Assembly: GCA_013336035.1 (NCBI GenBank)
Contig: JAAXUL010000001.1
Coordinates: 1 to 37,112 of the forward strand
From: Chloroflexales bacterium
Lineage (GTDB): Bacteria > Chloroflexota > Chloroflexia > Chloroflexales > Chloroflexaceae
DNA length: 37,112 bases
Direction of reading: 5' to 3'
In this document: one piece after another, positions 32,703 to 37,112 of the stretch
Layout: each line of letters begins with the position of its first letter
How positions within the stretch are numbered: position 1 is the first letter of the stretch
Notes under the pieces: generated by a model
The model's database searches: none
What the model saw: the letters and a program-made list of their open reading frames with translations, nothing else
What the model was told of the DNA's origin: nothing
Position numbers and translations under genes: made by a program

Positions 32703-33923
32703 TTACTGGTGGCGGTCGTCGAGCATCGGCGAGCGGTCGTCCGGTCCGGCGTCACCCGAGCCGCTAACAGCGGGCAGATGTCCGTGGGTGACCGGCATGG
32801 GGGCGACAGCAGCCTGGCCGCGGCGCAGCGGGATCTCACGACGGTCGGGGACGGGCGGGTCGGCCCGGCGCTCCGCAGAGCTGCGCTGCGCTGTCTCGAC
32901 AGGTTTTTCGGCTGTGGGCTCGCGGAAGACCTGCGGCTGAGGCGTAGTGGGGCGGCGGCGCAGGGGGATCTCGTGATAGACTGCGGGCGCGGGTGTGCCG
33001 CCGGCTGCCGACGCCTCGGCGGGCGCCTGGGCCGGGGCGGCTGTCCGCTGTGATGCGCCGCCACGCTGGGATGCATCGGTGGGCGCGGGCGCTGCGCCCT
33101 GGTTGTTGTTGTTGCGGTTGTTGATGAAGGCCATCGCCATCTGCTGGGCGCTGGGGTTACTAGCGACCGTAACGACCAGCTCGTTGATGGCGCGCACGGC
33201 CTCGGTCAGCTCGCGCAGGCTGCCGCTATTGATCTCGATCGGCAGGTCGGCCTCGCGGATCGAGCGGCGCAGGGTGTCCCAGGCCGAGCGGGCGAGGCGG
33301 CCGGCGGTGTAGAACTGCCCGGGCGGAAGGTTGGCCGGGTCGTGGACGAACGCGGGGCCAGGGCTGACTTGCTGGCTGGCGGCGGCGCCGGGCCAGCGAT
33401 AGGGCGTCTCACCGGGGCGCAGGCCATCGACATGGCCATAGATCTGCTCGCCGAGGATCGCCATGATCTCGGCGCCGGCCTCGCGAGAGTCAACGCCCTG
33501 GTCGGCGAGGTCACGGGCGGCCTCGCTGGCGGTACGCAGCAGAGTTAGAGCAGCCTGAAGGTTTGCCAGGGGAAGGAGGGCCAGACTGAAGTTCTGGTCA
33601 TCCTCGTCGGGGGCGGCGAAGCAGAGCTGGATCTGGGCATGGATGGGGTCGATCCCAGTGCCTTCGACCGTCGTCAGCTCCGCCAGGGGGAATGCGTAGC
33701 ACAGGTGACGACCATAGTCGCGCGCCCAGAGGATCACGCGCAGGTTCGTCACCAGGCAGTAGTCGTGGAGAGTCGGGCCGCTCAGGCGATGCCCACTGCC
33801 GTCGAGTAACACACCGTCGAGCGCTACCAAGATCTCCTCGTCGGGCTCGATAAGGCCTAGGGCCTCGAGCTCGGTGAGATGGTTCGGGACGACGGTGTGG
33901 CTGTGATAGAGCAGACTAATCAT
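32703..33923 (-). CDS. Hypothetical protein: N-terminal bacterial PH-like domain plus disordered tail (paralog 1)
   Basis: GLIEPDEEILVALDGVLLD..LVTNLRVILWAR..AFPLAELTTVE; Asn run and Ala/Pro-rich tail with EIPLRR twice. Confidence 0.72.
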   Translation of the reverse strand: MISLLYHSHTVVPNHLTELEALGLIEPDEEILVALDGVLLDGSGHRLSGPTLHDYCLVTNLRVILWARDYGRHLCYAFPLAELTTVEGTGIDPIHAQIQLCFAAPDEDDQNFSLALLPLANLQAALTLLRTASEAARDLADQGVDSREAGAEIMAILGEQIYGHVDGLRPGETPYRWPGAAASQQVSPGPAFVHDPANLPPGQFYTAGRLARSAWDTLRRSIREADLPIEINSGSLRELTEAVRAINELVVTVASNPSAQQMAMAFINNRNNNNQGAAPAPTDASQRGGASQRTAAPAQAPAEASAAGGTPAPAVYHEIPLRRRPTTPQPQVFREPTAEKPVETAQRSSAERRADPPVPDRREIPLRRGQAAVAPMPVTHGHLPAVSGSGDAGPDDRSPMLDDRHQ

Positions 33924-33940
33924 GGTCGAGGATAGAGGAA

Positions 33941-33986
33941 ACTGGATACAGGATACAGAGCTTGGAGGCTGTATCCTGTATCCAGT
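33941..33986 (-). terminator. 18-bp perfect hairpin immediately downstream of csmA
   Basis: ACTGGATACAGGATACAG, 10-nt loop, CTGTATCCTGTATCCAGT. Confidence 0.8.
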
Positions 33987-33999
33987 CCCCTGCTCGCTA

Positions 34000-34242
34000 C
34001 TACCGGTTGAATCGCGACCGGATGCGCTTCGGGCGGAAGCTCACATCCGCGGTGGTGAACCCACCCTCGCCGCTGCCGCTGCGGGCGATGCCCGGGTAGG
34101 CGTTGCGGTTGATGTTCTCGACCGCGGCCGACGTGGCCTGCAGCGCATTCGACACCCACTGCCAGTGGCCCTGGAACATGATGTCGCCAATCTGCGCCAC
34201 CGTACCAGCCGACTCCGAGAACCAGCCTCGTGTAACGGCCAT
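34000..34242 (-). CDS. csmA: Chlorosome baseplate BChl a-binding protein CsmA (precursor)
   Basis: TRGWFSES..VAQIGDIMFQGHWQWVSNALQAT..NINRNAYPG..FRPKRIRSRFNR closely matches Chloroflexus CsmA, including the BChl a ligand His; RBS AAGGAGGT. Confidence 0.97.
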   Translation of the reverse strand: MAVTRGWFSESAGTVAQIGDIMFQGHWQWVSNALQATSAAVENINRNAYPGIARSGSGEGGFTTADVSFRPKRIRSRFNR

Positions 34243-34359
34243 CCGTACACCTCCTTGACCTTAGACGAACACCCTAATACAGGCTTACGGGGCATGGCCC
34301 CGGTAGACCCCGGTGGAATGATCCCAAGAGCAGTGGGGGCCGCCCTTGAGCTGAGCGGA

Positions 34360-35559
34360 CTAGGGGCGAACCCCGTTCGCCGCGTAGAATGGTACGATTA
34401 GCCAGTCGCCCTCCATCTCGGCCTGGCCGGCTTCCTGGCCAGCGAGACTTGTGGGCAGGGTCATGATGCGGCGGAAGTCGCCGATCTGGATCACCAACTC
34501 ATCGCCATTCTGGAATAGGTCGAGCTGACTGACATCGGCGAAGGGTAGCTTCAGCTTGACCCGATATGTCCCGTCGGCCAGCTTGGCGATGTCCATCGGG
34601 GACTGCTTGTAGACGATCGCCGTGGGGTCGCTATCGCCATAGATGTCGCGGCCCATCGCGCGCAGCTTCTCGAGGCCAACGACCTCTTCGGCGTAGTAGG
34701 GCACGTGACGGATGGGCAGTGGCGTAAACGAGTGCTCTACATCCAGAAGGTAGCGCTGCTGCACGTCCTTCCAGTGGTTCAGATAGCCGCTGTCCTGGTC
34801 CACCGGTAGGATCTTGTTGACCACCACCGTGTCGACGGTCATCCCATACATCGAGAGATAGGTGAGGGCGCGCTGGCTCTCCTTAATCACCATCTTCTCG
34901 GGGTTCATCACCAGACGGACCGAGGTCTCGAGCGGGTTAGCCAGGGTCTCGGTGACGCCGACCATCTGGGCGAACATGTCGTCGACGGCCTCGTAGACTT
35001 CGGTGGGGGCGATCATCTTGCCGAGCGTCGGGTTGAGCTTGCTCATCGGCCGCAGCAGCGGCTTGATGACAAATTTCTCGGCCCCGCGCAGCATCCCCAT
35101 CGCCCACTTGAAGGTCTCGGGCGCCGAGAGCAGGCGCAGCGTCTCGCCGGTGGGGGCGCAGTCGACCACGAGCAGATCGTAGTCGCCCTGATCTTTGTGC
35201 TTCTTGATCCTGAGGAGCGGTAGGGCCTCCTCCATGCCGGGGAGGACACTCATCTCGTCGGCGAGAATGCCCTCTACCCCCTGCTCGGCCATCAGCTGCG
35301 AGAAGTGCTCGCGCACAACCCCCCAGTTGTTCTCGATGTCATGGTAGATGCTGACTTCGAGGGCGTCGAGGGTGGGCGTGATGCGCACAGGCTCAGGGCC
35401 GAGCGGGCCCTCGAGGTCGAGCGAGTCGGCGAGGCTATGGGCCGGGTCAGTGCTCATTACTAGCGTGCGTAGGCCCATGTCGGCCGCACGCAGGGCCGTG
35501 GCTGCGGCCACGCTCGTCTTGCCGACGCCGCCTTTGCCCGTAAAGATGAGGGTTCGCAT
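34360..35559 (-). CDS. ArsA/Get3d-family ATPase with HSP20-like C-terminal domain, directly upstream of csmA
   Basis: TGKGGVGKTS, STDPAHSL, PGMEE, DCAPTG, NPEKMV; C-terminus YRVKLKLPF..GDELVIQIGDFRRIMTLP..MEGDWLIVPF. Confidence 0.95.
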   Translation of the reverse strand: MRTLIFTGKGGVGKTSVAAATALRAADMGLRTLVMSTDPAHSLADSLDLEGPLGPEPVRITPTLDALEVSIYHDIENNWGVVREHFSQLMAEQGVEGILADEMSVLPGMEEALPLLRIKKHKDQGDYDLLVVDCAPTGETLRLLSAPETFKWAMGMLRGAEKFVIKPLLRPMSKLNPTLGKMIAPTEVYEAVDDMFAQMVGVTETLANPLETSVRLVMNPEKMVIKESQRALTYLSMYGMTVDTVVVNKILPVDQDSGYLNHWKDVQQRYLLDVEHSFTPLPIRHVPYYAEEVVGLEKLRAMGRDIYGDSDPTAIVYKQSPMDIAKLADGTYRVKLKLPFADVSQLDLFQNGDELVIQIGDFRRIMTLPTSLAGQEAGQAEMEGDWLIVPFYAANGVRP

Positions 35560-35709
35560 CGTAACCTTTCCAGGAGCAGAGCGCTCAGCGAAGCTTGTGG
35601 GTGGACATTACCTGGGGGGGCCGATCTGTCGCCAGGCCGGCCTTTTTGCTTAAATGGCAAAAGTTTACAGTATATAAGTGCGGGCGAGACTGTCTCTGGC
35701 TGTGCCGCA

Positions 35710-35738
35710 ATACTACCACGAATATCGGGGGGTGTCAA
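35710..35738 (-). promoter_or_regulatory. Near-consensus sigma70 promoter heading the arsA-csmA operon
   Basis: TTGACA, 17 nt spacer, TAGTAT with extended TG. Confidence 0.7.
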
Positions 35739-36007
35739 CAAAAGTGACCTATATGAACGAAGGGCTGCTATCAGTTGTCGCGCCGCTACAATAGGCAAAA
35801 AAGGGCAACCAATGCGGAATGACGCGATGCGTTATAGGTCCATTTGTCCATATTTTGCGCAGTGATTTGCCGGACTTTGCCCGGGTCAGGCGAGGGATTG
35901 CACCAGCTTGGCACAGGCGCCCGTAGACCACATCTTGTATGATTTGCAACAAAGCGTGTAAATTTTTCCCACAATCATGCGTCTCGGGCCCATGGTACAC
36001 TAAATCT

Positions 36008-36400
36008 ATGAGCGAGCAGCCAACAATCTTCGAGCAGGCTGGCGGCGCCCCTGCCTTTCGGCGCCTGGTCAACGCTTTCTACGCCCGGGTCGAGCACGAT
36101 CCTCTGCTGCGCCCGATGTTTCCGCCCGACCTTGAGCCCGGCAAAGAGCACCAGTACCTCTTCCTTATCCAATACTTCGGCGGCCCGCCTGCCTATGGCG
36201 AGCAGCGCGGCCACCCGCGCCTGCGTGTGCGCCACGCCCCCTTCCCGATCGGCCCCTCAGAGCGCGACGCCTGGCTTGCCCATATGCTCGCCGCCCTCGA
36301 TGAGGCCGCCATCCCCGAGCCTGCCCGCTCGGCGATGCGCGCCTATTTCGAGCTGGCCGCGCCCGCGATGATGAACCAGCAGTCGCCAAACACGCTCTAG
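36008..36400 (+). CDS. Group II truncated haemoglobin (trHbO-like)
   Basis: TIFEQAGG, LVNAFYARV..DPLLRPMFP, QYFGGPPAY, GHPRLRVRH, ERDAWL. Confidence 0.92.
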   Translation: MSEQPTIFEQAGGAPAFRRLVNAFYARVEHDPLLRPMFPPDLEPGKEHQYLFLIQYFGGPPAYGEQRGHPRLRVRHAPFPIGPSERDAWLAHMLAALDEAAIPEPARSAMRAYFELAAPAMMNQQSPNTL

Positions 36401-36558
36401 CGGAGTCGCCCCCCGCCCTGGCCATGCCCGACACCCGGCGCGCGCCGCTCGGGCCTCCGCCCGCCCGCCAGGCCCGCCCACAACCAGATCGCAACCTCCG
36501 GCTAGCGGCCATCGTCTGTATTAGCGTGATGGCATTCTAGACACCCACGGAGGTTTTT

Positions 36559-37112
36559 ATGCGGCGAGTGTTGTTGCCGGCAGCGGTGCTGGCGCTGCTG
36601 GTCGCCATGGCGCTGATCCTTGCGTCGGCTCTGGTGCGCCCGCCGACGGCCCCGCTGCCGGGCGGCGCCGCCCGTGTCGAACAGGTTGATACAAGCGCGT
36701 ACCCTGAGATCAGCCTGTATGTCTCGCTGGCCGACCAGGGCGGGGGCCCGCTCTTGGGCCTGGGCCGCGACGACTTTGCGCTGACCGAGGATGGTGTGCC
36801 GGTGGAGATCACGGCCTTCGGCGGCTCGGGCGAGGGCGCGGTGACCAGCGTGCTGGTGGTGGACCGCTCGCTCAGCATGGCTGACGAGAGTAAAATCGAT
36901 GGCGCCCAGGCGGCCGCGGCCACGTTTGTCGACCTGCTGCGACCGGGGGACCGGGCCGCCCTGCTCACCTTTAATGACGATGTGGTGCTGGCCCAGCCGT
37001 TCACCGGGGATGTCGCCGCGCTGACCGAGGCGATCGACGAGCTGCGGCCAATGAGCGGCACGGCCCTCTACGATGCGGTTGTGGCTGGGGTTGAGATGCT
37101 GCGTGACCAGCC
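36559..37112 (+). CDS. Secreted or membrane-anchored VWA-domain protein (3' truncated; absent from the ORF track)
   Basis: RBS GGAGG, ATG at 36559; MRRVLLPAAVLALLVAMALIL signal/TM segment; QVDTSAYPEI, DFALTEDG, MIDAS motif DRSLS, GTALYDA. Confidence 0.88.
   Translation, partial: MRRVLLPAAVLALLVAMALILASALVRPPTAPLPGGAARVEQVDTSAYPEISLYVSLADQGGGPLLGLGRDDFALTEDGVPVEITAFGGSGEGAVTSVLVVDRSLSMADESKIDGAQAAAATFVDLLRPGDRAALLTFNDDVVLAQPFTGDVAALTEAIDELRPMSGTALYDAVVAGVEMLRDQ

Noticed and set aside
33941..33986. CRISPR repeat or IS/MITE end
   Set aside because: Single hairpin with no repeat-spacer array, cas gene, transposase or target duplication in the window
28643..35559. Arsenic-resistance operon suggested by ArsA annotations
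   Set aside because: Proteins are single-domain with HSP20-like tails, no arsB, acr3, arsC, arsD or arsR is present, and the context is csmA
36537..37061. 174-aa minus-strand ORF
   Set aside because: Antisense to the RBS-supported VWA gene starting at 36559

Overview
GC-rich genomic window from a green, chlorosome-forming Chloroflexales bacterium, identified by recognisable csmA, csmM, csmN, bchK and bchU. The left third (1-13.5 kb) holds a VWA protein, a two-component pair, an orphan Phd-type antitoxin, marR, lon, two paralogous secreted proteins plus a remnant of a third, a USP and enolase. From 13.5 to 35.6 kb every gene lies on the minus strand, forming a chlorosome supercluster. In transcription order: ArsA/Get3d ATPase, csmA, two paralogous PH-like/disordered proteins, a second Get3d, a catalytically dead Get3d, a hydrolase, an HExxH protein, a disordered protein, a lipase, bchU, bchK, csmM, csmN, an NDH-2-like flavoprotein, bchQ, bchR, an SRPBCC protein (CsmP-like), a hydrolase, a 13-aa-repeat protein and an RDD protein. 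A truncated haemoglobin and a VWA protein diverge at the right end. The best candidate for an undescribed system is a chlorosome assembly machine: three alpha-crystallin-tailed Get3d ATPases (one a pseudo-enzyme) sit beside several unknown proteins that repeatedly carry small-heat-shock-type IxI/V motifs (RRIAV, RRIKV, RRVQV, EIPL, TRIVV), plus a gluzincin-like candidate pre-CsmA processing peptidase. Gene names come from motif reading and remembered family sequences, not from database searches.
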